From assembly GCA_024280475.1 (NCBI GenBank), contig JAJRQA010000183.1, forward strand, positions 1 through 42,621: a stretch of DNA of 42,621 nucleotides, written 5' to 3'. Source of the DNA: Alphaproteobacteria bacterium. GTDB lineage: Bacteria > Pseudomonadota > Alphaproteobacteria > Rhizobiales > JAKIUO01. The position numbers were made by a program, and so were the translations under genes. Shown here in pieces: positions 18,164 to 26,793 of the stretch. Below the pieces are notes generated by a model. That model saw nothing but the letters and a program-made list of their open reading frames with translations, ran no database searches and was not told where the DNA came from. Numbering within the stretch: position 1 is the first letter of the stretch; each line of letters begins with the position of its first letter.

Positions 18164-20335
18164 ATGCCGACAACCGCTCCCGTTCTTTTGCCGCTGGCTA
18201 TTGATATGTCTTATGACTATCTGGTGCCTGATGGTTTGCAGATTGCGCCAGGTGATATTGTGCGCGTCCCCTTGGGGAGTAAAGAGCGGCTTGGTGTGGT
18301 GCTTGATCAAGCGGTGGGCGGTTCGGGCAAGCGCGTTGACCCTTCTCGTCTTAAAACCATCATTGATCGCCTCGACGTGCCGCCCATGCCGCAGGTATCG
18401 CGCCAATTCATCGACTGGGTTGCTCAATACACAATGGCCCCGCGCGGCATGGTATTGCGTTCAGTTATGAGTGCCAAGGCGGCATTCACTCCCGTCAAGC
18501 CCAAAATGGGGGTACGGCTTGGGCCTGCGATCCCCAACAAGGTGACGTCTGCGCGGCAAAAAGTGCTGCAGGTCGCGGGAGACCGCGTCTGGAGCAAGAG
18601 CGAGCTGGCGCAGGCGGCCGATGTCAGTGCTGCGGTCGTCAATGGCTTGATGAAATCGGGTATTTTGGTGGCTGAGCTGATGACCAGTGAAACAGTGTTG
18701 TTGCCCGATCCAGATTTTGCAGTCCCAACCTTGAATGAGCAACAAGAAAGCGCCGCTGCAAGCCTGCACGAAGCGGTTGCGGCACATAAATTTGAGACCT
18801 TGTTACTTGATGGCGTCACGGGGGCTGGTAAAACCGAGGTGGCCTTTGAAGCCATTGCCCAGGCATTGCGCGAAGGCCGTCAAAGCTTGTTCATGCTACC
18901 AGAAATTGCGCTGACCAATCAGTTTTTAAAACGCTTTTTTGAGCGCTTTGGCGTGCAACCGGCGGGCTGGCATTCGCAGATATCTCCCGTTCAGCGTGGC
19001 CGTGTCTGGCGAGGAGTGGCGACGGGGGATATTCGTGCTGTCATCGGGGCGCGATCTTCCCTGTTTTTGCCCTTCAAGGATCTTGGTGTGATCATTGTCG
19101 ATGAGGAGCACGAACCAGCCTACAAGCAAGAAAGCCAGCTGATTTATCATGGCCGCGACATGGCGGTGGTACGTGCCATGCTGGGGAAAATACCTGTGGT
19201 GCTAAGTTCGGCAACACCCAGTATTGAGAGCCATGTCAATGCGGTGAACGGGCGCTATCGCCATCTGAAACTGACGCAGCGCTATGCGGGGGCCAAACTG
19301 CCCGATATCGTTTCGATTGATCTGCGTGCCGATCCACCAGAGCGTGGCAAATGGATTTCTCCAAAGCTCGTTGCTGAAATGCAAGAGGTGTTCGAGCGCG
19401 GCCAGCAAAGCCTGTTATTTCTCAATCGCCGGGGCTATGCGCCGCTCACCTTGTGCCGCACCTGCGGCCATCGCTTTGAATGTCCTGATTGCTCCGCCTG
19501 GCTGGTGGAGCACCGTTTTCACAACAAGCTGACTTGTCATCATTGTGGCTATAGCAACCCTGTGCCGCGCATTTGCCCCTCTTGCGATGAAAAAGACAGT
19601 CTGGTGGCTTGCGGCCCTGGCGTTGAGCGGGTTGCAGAAGAAGTAGTCGAGCGTTTTCCAGATGCCCGCACGGCGATTTTATCCAGTGATCTTATTCCCG
19701 ATATTGAAGAGATGCGAGTGTTGCTCGACAAGATCGCCAATCGCGAGATCGACATTATTATTGGCACGCAATTAGTTGCAAAGGGTCATCATTTTCCAGG
19801 GCTTGCGCTGGTTGGTGTGGTGGATGGGGATCTTGGCCTCGCCCACGGAGATCCGCGCGCAGGAGAGCGTACCTATCAGCTATTACAGCAGGTGACAGGT
19901 CGCGCTGGCCGCGCCTCGATTGCCGGGCGGGGACTGATCCAGACTTATATGCCAGAGCATCCCGTTATGCTGGCGATGGTATCTGGGGACCGTGACCAGT
20001 TTTTACAACAAGAAGGAGAGGCCCGCGAGAAAGGGGCGCTGCCTCCCTATGGAAGACTGGCAGCACTCATTGTCTCATCGAACCAGACTTCGCAAGCGGC
20101 CAACTATGCCCGCATGCTGGCAGCGCGTGCGCCGCGTTCGAGTAAATTGCGAGTGCTTGGTCCAGCCGAGGCACCCATATTCATGATCCGGGGCCGGGCT
20201 CGTTTTCGCTTGTTGATCAAAGCGCAGCGTGAAGTGGATATTCAAGCCTATGTCAAGCAGTGGCTGGAGCCATTGCCTCGTCCCAAAGGTTCCCTCAAAT
20301 TGACCATTGATATCGATCCACATAGTTTTATGTAG
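18164..20335 (+). CDS. priA: primosomal protein N' (replication restart helicase)
   Basis: It has Walker A LLDGVTGAGKTEV, DEEHE (DExH), and a Cys4 zinc-binding region (CRTCGHRFECPDC...CHHCGY...CPSC), in 723 aa. Confidence 0.9.
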   Translation: MPTTAPVLLPLAIDMSYDYLVPDGLQIAPGDIVRVPLGSKERLGVVLDQAVGGSGKRVDPSRLKTIIDRLDVPPMPQVSRQFIDWVAQYTMAPRGMVLRSVMSAKAAFTPVKPKMGVRLGPAIPNKVTSARQKVLQVAGDRVWSKSELAQAADVSAAVVNGLMKSGILVAELMTSETVLLPDPDFAVPTLNEQQESAAASLHEAVAAHKFETLLLDGVTGAGKTEVAFEAIAQALREGRQSLFMLPEIALTNQFLKRFFERFGVQPAGWHSQISPVQRGRVWRGVATGDIRAVIGARSSLFLPFKDLGVIIVDEEHEPAYKQESQLIYHGRDMAVVRAMLGKIPVVLSSATPSIESHVNAVNGRYRHLKLTQRYAGAKLPDIVSIDLRADPPERGKWISPKLVAEMQEVFERGQQSLLFLNRRGYAPLTLCRTCGHRFECPDCSAWLVEHRFHNKLTCHHCGYSNPVPRICPSCDEKDSLVACGPGVERVAEEVVERFPDARTAILSSDLIPDIEEMRVLLDKIANREIDIIIGTQLVAKGHHFPGLALVGVVDGDLGLAHGDPRAGERTYQLLQQVTGRAGRASIAGRGLIQTYMPEHPVMLAMVSGDRDQFLQQEGEAREKGALPPYGRLAALIVSSNQTSQAANYARMLAARAPRSSKLRVLGPAEAPIFMIRGRARFRLLIKAQREVDIQAYVKQWLEPLPRPKGSLKLTIDIDPHSFM

Positions 20336-20622
20336 GACTGCGTGAGATTTTCACCAATATCATTGATGAAAGCAAGAAACAGTTTTTTTGGTAGTCAATT
20401 GTTAATTAAACCTCACTAAGAACTATTTAAAGGCGAATGATGTTTTCTTCGTTCTGCAGGTGCGATTTGCAGTCGAATATTGATGCGTCAGAAAAAATAA
20501 TAATAAAAATTCGTATTGCGTTCCCAAAATACATGAACCAGATACACCATCACTGGATGGTATTTTTGTAGATGCTGTGCTGTGAAATAATCATGTGCGG
20601 CAACCGGACCCGGGGAAACGAC

Positions 20623-22596
20623 ATGCAAGAAAATCTCATCGAAAAATTTGATGCCTATCTGTTTGATAGCGGCAAAAACTTCCAACCGAACGAGAAATTA
20701 TGGAAAGTCTGTGAGCCAATTATCAAATCCTTGATGGATGATTTTTATCGCAATATTCTATCGGTAGATGAGCTGCGATCCATTATTGGTGGTGAATCGC
20801 GGTTTGACGGGCTGAAATCGGCACAGCTCAATCATTGGAAAATGATGCTTGCGGGAAGTCTTGATGAAAATTTCCAGGAAAATTCCGTGAAGATCGGCGA
20901 AATTCACGAGCGCATTGGTCTTGATCAAGGCTGGTATATGGCTTCATATGCTTGGATCTTGATGCGGTTGCTGCCGCAGGTTGCTGCGAAATATCGTTTC
21001 TCATCGTCGCGCATGAAGGCCTATATACAGCAGATCATCGCACGCATGACGATCGATATCATGATCTCCACATCAGCCTATGAAAAAAAGTCGATGATCA
21101 ATGCTATTGGCTTGCACGAGGGAGATGCTGACACAAAGAACCTGCGCTCGCTGGCAGAAACCGTCGTTAAAGTGAACGCTACATCGTTTCGTCTTGCAAG
21201 ACTTGTTGGTAATGCCAAGGAAGCCAAACTTGGGTCACAGACCATTTCATCGGCAGCTTCACAGCTTGTGGCCTCTGTCGAGCAGATTTCTGTAAGCAGC
21301 GAAAGCGCCGCGAACGAAGCCAATGAAAGCAATCAAACCGCTCAAGAGGGCCATACGGCGATCAATGAAGCGACAAAAGCTATTCAAAATATGCTGACCG
21401 CGGTTCACGAGACCCATGAAGGCATTGAAGTTTTAAGCGAAGCGTCGAGCGAAATCGGCCAGATTTTGACTGCTATTGAGGACATTGCTGACCAGACCAA
21501 CCTGTTGGCCCTGAACGCCACGATCGAAGCTGCGCGAGCGGGGGAAGCTGGCAAGGGGTTTGCTGTTGTCGCCTCTGAAGTAAAGAGCCTGGCCAGTCAG
21601 ACATCGAAATCAACCGAAGATATTGCCCGCAAGATTGCGGCGCTGAATTCTGGTATGGAGAAAATACGCTCTACCATGATTTCGTCCCAAAGCGCGGTAA
21701 GCGAAGGTGAAACGGCCGTCGCCAGCGCCCGCGAAACAATGGATCAGATTTCTGGTCAGGTGGGCGGCGTCTATGAAAAAATGCTCGATATCTCAAATAT
21801 TTTACAAGAGCAAAAAGGCGCAACAAACGAGATTGCGCAAAGCATTGTCAATGTCGCCAATCTGTCAGCCCAGAATGAAGAACTGATCGAAGAGATGGCG
21901 GACAGCTATCAAACCACCAATGACGAATTCATGTCATCGGCCCAAAACTGGTTCAATGAAGGGTCTGATCAAGCTCTTTGCGAGATGGCGAAAATCGATC
22001 ATGTTTTGTTTAAGAAACGTGTTCTGGATACGGTCATGGATCGCGGAGATTGGAAAAGCGACGAAGTCCCTGATCATCATTCCTGCCGCCTTGGCAAATG
22101 GTATGATGCCTTGACTAACAGCAAATTGGTCAATCACCCCAGTTATAAAGCATTGGTGGAACCACATATGATTGTCCATGCTGCCGGTAAACAGGCGCTG
22201 GTCAACCATGCTGCAAATGATTTTGACGCAACCATAGCCGAAGTAGACCGCATGAATGAGGCGAGCCTTGATGTCGTGCGTTTGCTGGGGGAGTTGTCTG
22301 AGTCCCTTGATGCGGAGCAAGAAGCTGAGAACCAACGCCAATTTGACCGGCTGACCACGAGGATGAGTGCCAAACTTGATAGTGGCACCGTGGCAGGTCA
22401 GGAAATCACCATAGAAGATATGTCTAAAGGCGGCGTTGGCATTCGGGGCGCAAGTTTGCAACCTGGCCAGGAGGTCAGTATTTCTGTCGGTAATGATGGG
22501 CCAAGAGATGGTGTCACGAGATGGGTCGCAGGCGATCGCGCCGGTATCCAGTTTGAAGACACCAATGCCGAACCGGCGCGAAAAAAAGCCGGTTGA
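20623..22596 (+). CDS. soluble globin-coupled chemoreceptor: HemAT-type globin sensor, MCP signalling domain, CZB zinc-binding domain and C-terminal PilZ domain
   Basis: N-term residues ~30-170 align by eye to the HemAT globin ([23 protein letters not shown] against HemAT IASIHLRIGLLPKWYMGAF, proximal His). The highly conserved MCP hairpin is [31 protein letters not shown]. The CZB motif is [10 protein letters not shown]...H. The C-terminus has PilZ motifs RLTTR (RxxxR) and DMSKGGVGI (DxSxGG). There is no TM helix. I chose the start at MQENL (20623, GGGGAA SD). Confidence 0.8.
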   Translation: MQENLIEKFDAYLFDSGKNFQPNEKLWKVCEPIIKSLMDDFYRNILSVDELRSIIGGESRFDGLKSAQLNHWKMMLAGSLDENFQENSVKIGEIHERIGLDQGWYMASYAWILMRLLPQVAAKYRFSSSRMKAYIQQIIARMTIDIMISTSAYEKKSMINAIGLHEGDADTKNLRSLAETVVKVNATSFRLARLVGNAKEAKLGSQTISSAASQLVASVEQISVSSESAANEANESNQTAQEGHTAINEATKAIQNMLTAVHETHEGIEVLSEASSEIGQILTAIEDIADQTNLLALNATIEAARAGEAGKGFAVVASEVKSLASQTSKSTEDIARKIAALNSGMEKIRSTMISSQSAVSEGETAVASARETMDQISGQVGGVYEKMLDISNILQEQKGATNEIAQSIVNVANLSAQNEELIEEMADSYQTTNDEFMSSAQNWFNEGSDQALCEMAKIDHVLFKKRVLDTVMDRGDWKSDEVPDHHSCRLGKWYDALTNSKLVNHPSYKALVEPHMIVHAAGKQALVNHAANDFDATIAEVDRMNEASLDVVRLLGELSESLDAEQEAENQRQFDRLTTRMSAKLDSGTVAGQEITIEDMSKGGVGIRGASLQPGQEVSISVGNDGPRDGVTRWVAGDRAGIQFEDTNAEPARKKAG

Positions 22597-22949
22597 TCGC
22601 GCTGCGCGAGTAACCTGATCTCAAACTCAATATTTTACATCAGTTTTTCGCCAGGTGTTGATATTGCGTGAGTGTTTTGAGCGGTAAAGAGAATTACCGC
22701 TCAAGATCGATCCTCGATAAATTTGTGGGTCAATATCATGCAACAAAAAGAAAGCTTTTAGGGACAAAAGACGGTGCAATATGCTGCGCTATTGACATCC
22801 TACTTGTTTCCAATTGCTCTTCATCAAATGACCGCCATTGCGAATAAGCAAAAGATTTCAGCCGCAAAAAATGATTTTCCATCCCCAAACGTCCCCCTAT
22901 CGGCAATATTTCTTGCCAGCCTTCGTTCATCCGCTTACATCTTCACGCC

Positions 22950-24512
22950 ATGAAACTTTTTAAATCCTTTGCAACAGTTGGCGGCTTTACGCTGGCCAGC
23001 CGTGTTCTTGGCTTCGTCCGTGATATCATGATCGCCATGGTGCTAGGCACCGGCCCTGTCGCTGAAGCCTTTGTGGTGGCCTTTCGTTTTCCCAACCTGT
23101 TTCGTCGCCTGTTCGCAGAAGGGGCATTCAACTCGGCCTTTATTCCGCTGTTTGCCAAGCGCCTGGAAGGGGAGGGCAAGGCCGAGGCGAAAAAATTTGC
23201 GCAAGAAGCCATGGCGGTACTTATTTTTGCATTGCTGGTGGTCACCGCGATTGCCGAAATATTCATGCCTTGGCTGATGTATGGATTGGCGGCGGGCTTT
23301 GCTGCCGATAAAGAAAAGTTCGATCTCGCCGTTTTGTTGACGCGCATAACCATGCCCTATTTGTTGTTCGTGTCTTTGCTGGCACTGTTTTCGGGCATAT
23401 TGAACGCTTTTCATAAATTTGCCGCCGCCGCCGCTGCGCCGGTTATTCTCAATGTGGTGTTCATCGCTGTGCTGGCGGGGATGTCGTATATGAGCCTTGG
23501 TAATACCCGCGAAGCCGGGGTGGTGCTGGCCTGGGCAGTATCGGTTGCGGGACTGTTGCAATTGCTGGCGGTCATGGTGGCCGCCAAGCGCATTGGCATG
23601 GCCTTGAAGCTGGCGATGCCACGCCTCACACCTGGTGTCAGGCGTTTGTTCAGGCTCGGTATTCCTGGGGTTATTTCTGGCGGTATCGTGCAGATTAATA
23701 TCGTCATTGGTACGCTGATTGCCTCCATGCAGGATCAGGCGGTGGCCTGGCTTTATTATGCCGACCGGCTCTATCAATTACCCCTTGGAGTAGTGGGGAT
23801 TGCCATTGGCGTGGTGCTGTTGCCCGATATTTCGCGCTTGTTGCGCGCAGGCAAGGAAAGCGAAGCGCATGATAGCCAGAATCGCTCGCTGGAATTCTCT
23901 TTATTGTTGACGCTGCCCGCTGCGATTGCTCTGGCGGTTGTGCCTTTGCCGCTTATTCAGGTTTTGTTCGAGCGCGGCCATTTTAGTGCCAATGATACAC
24001 AAATGGTTGGCATGGCGTTGATGGCTTTTGCCTTTGGACTGCCAGCTTTTGTGCTGACAAAAGTTTTTCAACCCGGTTTTTTCGCCCGAGAAGATACCAA
24101 AACACCGATGATTTATGCAGGTATTTCCATGCTTGTTAATGTTGTCGTGAGCTTTGCGCTGTTCGGGGCATTGGGCCATATTGGCATCGCTATAGCCACC
24201 ACAATTGCTGGATGGGTCAACGCCGTGCTGCTGTGGATGACCTTGAAAAAACGTGGTCATTATGCCCTTGATGCGCCAGCCAGACGGGCCATCCCACGTA
24301 TTCTTGTCGCCAGCTTGATCATGGGTGCGTCTCTTGTTTTGATGCTTCCCTTTCTGGCTCCCTATCTGGCGCGGAGCCAGCCCTTTTTGATACAAGCGGG
24401 TGCGCTGGCGGGCATGGTGTTTGCCGGCATGATCATCTATTTCACGACCGCAGCCCTGATCGGCGTCTTTAGCATTGGTGCCCTCAAGAGCAAGCTTTCG
24501 CGGCGTGGCTAA
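22950..24512 (+). CDS. murJ: lipid II flippase MurJ (MviN)
   Basis: The 520-aa protein has 14 TM helices, and the N-terminus LASRVLGFVRDIMIAMVLGTGPVAEAFVVAFRFPNLFRRLFAEGAFNSAFIPLF is highly characteristic of MurJ. Confidence 0.9.
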   Translation: MKLFKSFATVGGFTLASRVLGFVRDIMIAMVLGTGPVAEAFVVAFRFPNLFRRLFAEGAFNSAFIPLFAKRLEGEGKAEAKKFAQEAMAVLIFALLVVTAIAEIFMPWLMYGLAAGFAADKEKFDLAVLLTRITMPYLLFVSLLALFSGILNAFHKFAAAAAAPVILNVVFIAVLAGMSYMSLGNTREAGVVLAWAVSVAGLLQLLAVMVAAKRIGMALKLAMPRLTPGVRRLFRLGIPGVISGGIVQINIVIGTLIASMQDQAVAWLYYADRLYQLPLGVVGIAIGVVLLPDISRLLRAGKESEAHDSQNRSLEFSLLLTLPAAIALAVVPLPLIQVLFERGHFSANDTQMVGMALMAFAFGLPAFVLTKVFQPGFFAREDTKTPMIYAGISMLVNVVVSFALFGALGHIGIAIATTIAGWVNAVLLWMTLKKRGHYALDAPARRAIPRILVASLIMGASLVLMLPFLAPYLARSQPFLIQAGALAGMVFAGMIIYFTTAALIGVFSIGALKSKLSRRG

Positions 24513-24644
24513 TTCATTAATCCGTTTTTGGATAAATGGTATAATTTGAATAATCTTATTTCTCGATCACATTTATGTTATCTTGACCGGTACGCTGGCA
24601 TTGGTGTGCGAACATAAAGATACTAAAAAGAGAGGGAGAAACAA

Positions 24645-24950
24645 ATGCTTGAACAAATTATTGCAATGGCTGGTCCATTGCTCGCCGGAGGCGCCGGGGG
24701 GCTTTTGGGTGGTAATGTTACGGGAGCAATGTTCCGTAACGCCGGCATGGGGCGTGGGTCCAGTTCGATGGTTGGCATTATTGCCGGTGCCATCGCTTCT
24801 TATTTCCTTGGCCCAACCATGGGTCCGATTGTTGGTGGTCTCGTTGGTGGCGGCGGACTAGAAGCTATTATTGGCGGTGGCCTGGCTGGACTTGGCGGCG
24901 GTGCTGCTGGTGGTCTGCTGATGGGCATCTTGAAAAAGATGATGGGCTAA
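24645..24950 (+). CDS. glycine-rich small membrane protein (glycine-zipper-like)
   Basis: The 101-aa protein is ~40% Gly, with repeated GxxxG/GG motifs in hydrophobic stretches. It has a very strong SD (GAGGGAGA, 7 nt upstream) after an AT-rich promoter-like tract. Confidence 0.6.
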   Translation: MLEQIIAMAGPLLAGGAGGLLGGNVTGAMFRNAGMGRGSSSMVGIIAGAIASYFLGPTMGPIVGGLVGGGGLEAIIGGGLAGLGGGAAGGLLMGILKKMMG

Positions 24951-25010
24951 CTGGATTTACAAATCCTGATAGATTAAATAGTGCGGCTTGTGAAAAGCTG
25001 CGCTATTTTT

Positions 25011-26150
25011 TTATGCCTCGTCCTTTTTATCCAGCGTCAGCAGTCCACTCAACAGAGCATCAAAGCCCCCTTTGTCACCCGTATGCAGATCAATGCGGCC
25101 GACTTTTTCGGTGAGTTTTTCCAGCGATTCAATTTCCTTGAGGCGCAGGAGCAGGGGGTTGTTTTCCATCAGTTTGGCGGTGTTGAGCAAGGCACGTGTG
25201 GCAGCGGTTTCTTCGCGTCGTTTGATGAGATTGGCCTGAGCGGTTTTTTCAGCCTCTACAACCTTGTTGATGAGCTCGCGCATATCGCCGGGCAGGATAA
25301 TATCCTTGATCCCCAGTTCTGTGACCTTGACGCCGATATCTTCCATATGCTCGCTCACATATGTGCGAAGCTGACTATCGATGGTCTCGCGATTATTGAG
25401 TATTTCATCAAGGGTGCGATTGGCAATGGCCTCGCGCACTGCAAACTGAACCAGCCGGTAAATATAGGTGGTGAAATCTCCAGAAGACTGTTCCACCTTC
25501 AAAGGGTCAGTGACCTGCGCAAAGGCAGTGAGGGTGACGCGCAGGGAGACGCGGTCGCGTGTGAGGATTTCCTGAGCCGTGATCTCGATGGGTTGAGGGC
25601 GCAGGTCATAGCGGCGCACGTCAATCGTGCGGTGTACCTGCCAAAAGGCGTGGCGACCTGGCTTTAATACCTCAATAAACTTGCCATCGACAAACAGCAA
25701 GCCAGCGTCAAATGGGCCAACAAGAAACTCTCCCACCAGCTTGGTGTCATTGGGATCAATCGCGTTGAGATGTTTTTGGGTAACAGCATAAGTTTCTTTG
25801 GTTTCGATAAACTCGGTCGTAACCTCGTTCAATACCTTCCAGAAATAGCGGGTTTTCCAGGGGCCGATGAGATGAACCGGGCGGCCATCGAACGAGACTA
25901 TGGCGACCTCCCCTTCGCCGACACTGACAATCTCGAACAGGCGGGCGGCCAGTTCCGGGCGGTTTTTCTCGATGACCCTTGCCCAGTTGCTGGTTATCTC
26001 GGCGTCCTTGATCGAAAATTTTTCTACCTTCAGCCTGCCAAAATCGAGATTGATGAAGCGATGGCGGCCCGGCTCCAAAATGCGCTCGAACTTACCATCC
26101 TTGATGAGTAAACCACGCTCGTCCTCATTGATCGTTACAAACCGGATCAT
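25011..26150 (-). CDS. SPFH/Band-7 (slipin/stomatin-like) domain protein with duplicated N-terminal beta-domain
   Basis: The 379-aa protein has two N-terminal repeats, LLIKDGKFERILEPGRHRF and LLFVDGKFIEVLKPGRHAFW. An SPFH core follows (residues ~170-330, IDVRRYDLRPQ...RLVQFAVREAI). An AGGAGAG SD is present. Confidence 0.75.
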   Translation of the reverse strand: MIRFVTINEDERGLLIKDGKFERILEPGRHRFINLDFGRLKVEKFSIKDAEITSNWARVIEKNRPELAARLFEIVSVGEGEVAIVSFDGRPVHLIGPWKTRYFWKVLNEVTTEFIETKETYAVTQKHLNAIDPNDTKLVGEFLVGPFDAGLLFVDGKFIEVLKPGRHAFWQVHRTIDVRRYDLRPQPIEITAQEILTRDRVSLRVTLTAFAQVTDPLKVEQSSGDFTTYIYRLVQFAVREAIANRTLDEILNNRETIDSQLRTYVSEHMEDIGVKVTELGIKDIILPGDMRELINKVVEAEKTAQANLIKRREETAATRALLNTAKLMENNPLLLRLKEIESLEKLTEKVGRIDLHTGDKGGFDALLSGLLTLDKKDEA

Positions 26151-26518
26151 CTGCTCACTCTCCTAAAGCACTGTGGAACTAGCCTGTCTTTGTAGATAGA
26201 GGGAGTGGCGAAAAAAGGGAAGGGGAGAAGCCAAAGGTCGCTGGAGAAAAGTGCAACGCGAATGGTACGGACGCTGGTTTGAGGTGTTGGTTCTGATCCG
26301 TTATTGGAGCCGCATAGGTCCAGCCGTGGCTGGTATTTGCGAACTTCCGCTGCAAGATCTTCGCCAGAACCGGTATCCACCAGTGTACAAGGTGTCAAAC
26401 GGGCCTGCCCGTTCTTTACGCATCCAGCGCGAGCCTTTTGCATCAAGTCCGGGCGTGAACATTTCCTCCAGCTTCCCATAATTTAAATCGCTTTTAAACG
26501 ATTGGCTTAAAGGGCCAT

Positions 26519-26603
26519 TGGTTAGATAGAAGGAATCGAACCTTCAAGGTCTTGCGACCACACGATCATGGATCATGTTGCGTTACCATTTCGCCATATC
26601 CAA
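26519..26603 (-). tRNA. tRNA-like gene, type II (long variable arm), Leu-like D-arm, anticodon loop UCCAUGA (nominal anticodon CAU); identity unclear, possibly a pseudogene
   Basis: Hand-folding of the minus strand gives acceptor UUGGAUA/UAUCUAA (7 bp including G-U) and D-arm GCG-AAAUGGUAA-CGC. The anticodon stem is CAUGA/UCGUG with loop UCCAUGA. The variable stem is GGUC-GCAA-GACC, the T-arm is GAAGG-UUCGAUU-CCUUC, and the 3' end is ...C-CA. C33 and a CAU anticodon in a type II body are atypical. Confidence 0.4.
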
Positions 26604-26610
26604 AGTCTCG

Positions 26611-26662
26611 AGCTCTTCCACTGAGCTATATCTGTTGCCAGATAGCGGGGATCGAACCCGCG
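26611..26662 (-). other. tRNA half-fragments in permuted order: a 3' half (T-arm GCGGG-UUCGAUC-CCCGC plus acceptor UAUCUGG-C) directly followed by a 5' half (ACAGAUA-UA-GCUC-AGUGGAA-GAGC, Thr-like D-arm)
   Basis: The reverse complement of 26611-26670 reads CUCGUGGUCGCGGGUUCGAUCCCCGCUAUCUGGCAACAGAUAUAGCUCAGUGGAAGAGCU. The two halves would pair with each other (6/7 acceptor base pairs) but are arranged 3'-then-5'. Confidence 0.45.
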
Positions 26663-26793
26663 ACCACGAGATTGCTGGTTGCAATCAACATTGGCATACG
26701 TTGTCCGCAAAGCGGCACGCACCGGCCGGGTCTCATGAGCCCGCACCAAAATGTCAATTACGCCATAAGAATAGGGGAGAACAGGGCTGGTTG

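Noticed and set aside
22736-22930. 64-aa ORF between the chemoreceptor gene and murJ
   Set aside because: It is short, has no SD and lies in a promoter-like intergenic region. The nearby hairpin at 22678-22702 is more likely the relevant signal.
26519-26720. Two-piece (permuted) tmRNA/ssrA, as found in alphaproteobacteria
   Set aside because: There is no GGGG 5' end and no Ala-identity G3-U70 acceptor. The 3' end is not GCCACCA. No ANDNxAxx tag reading frame appears downstream of the fragments.
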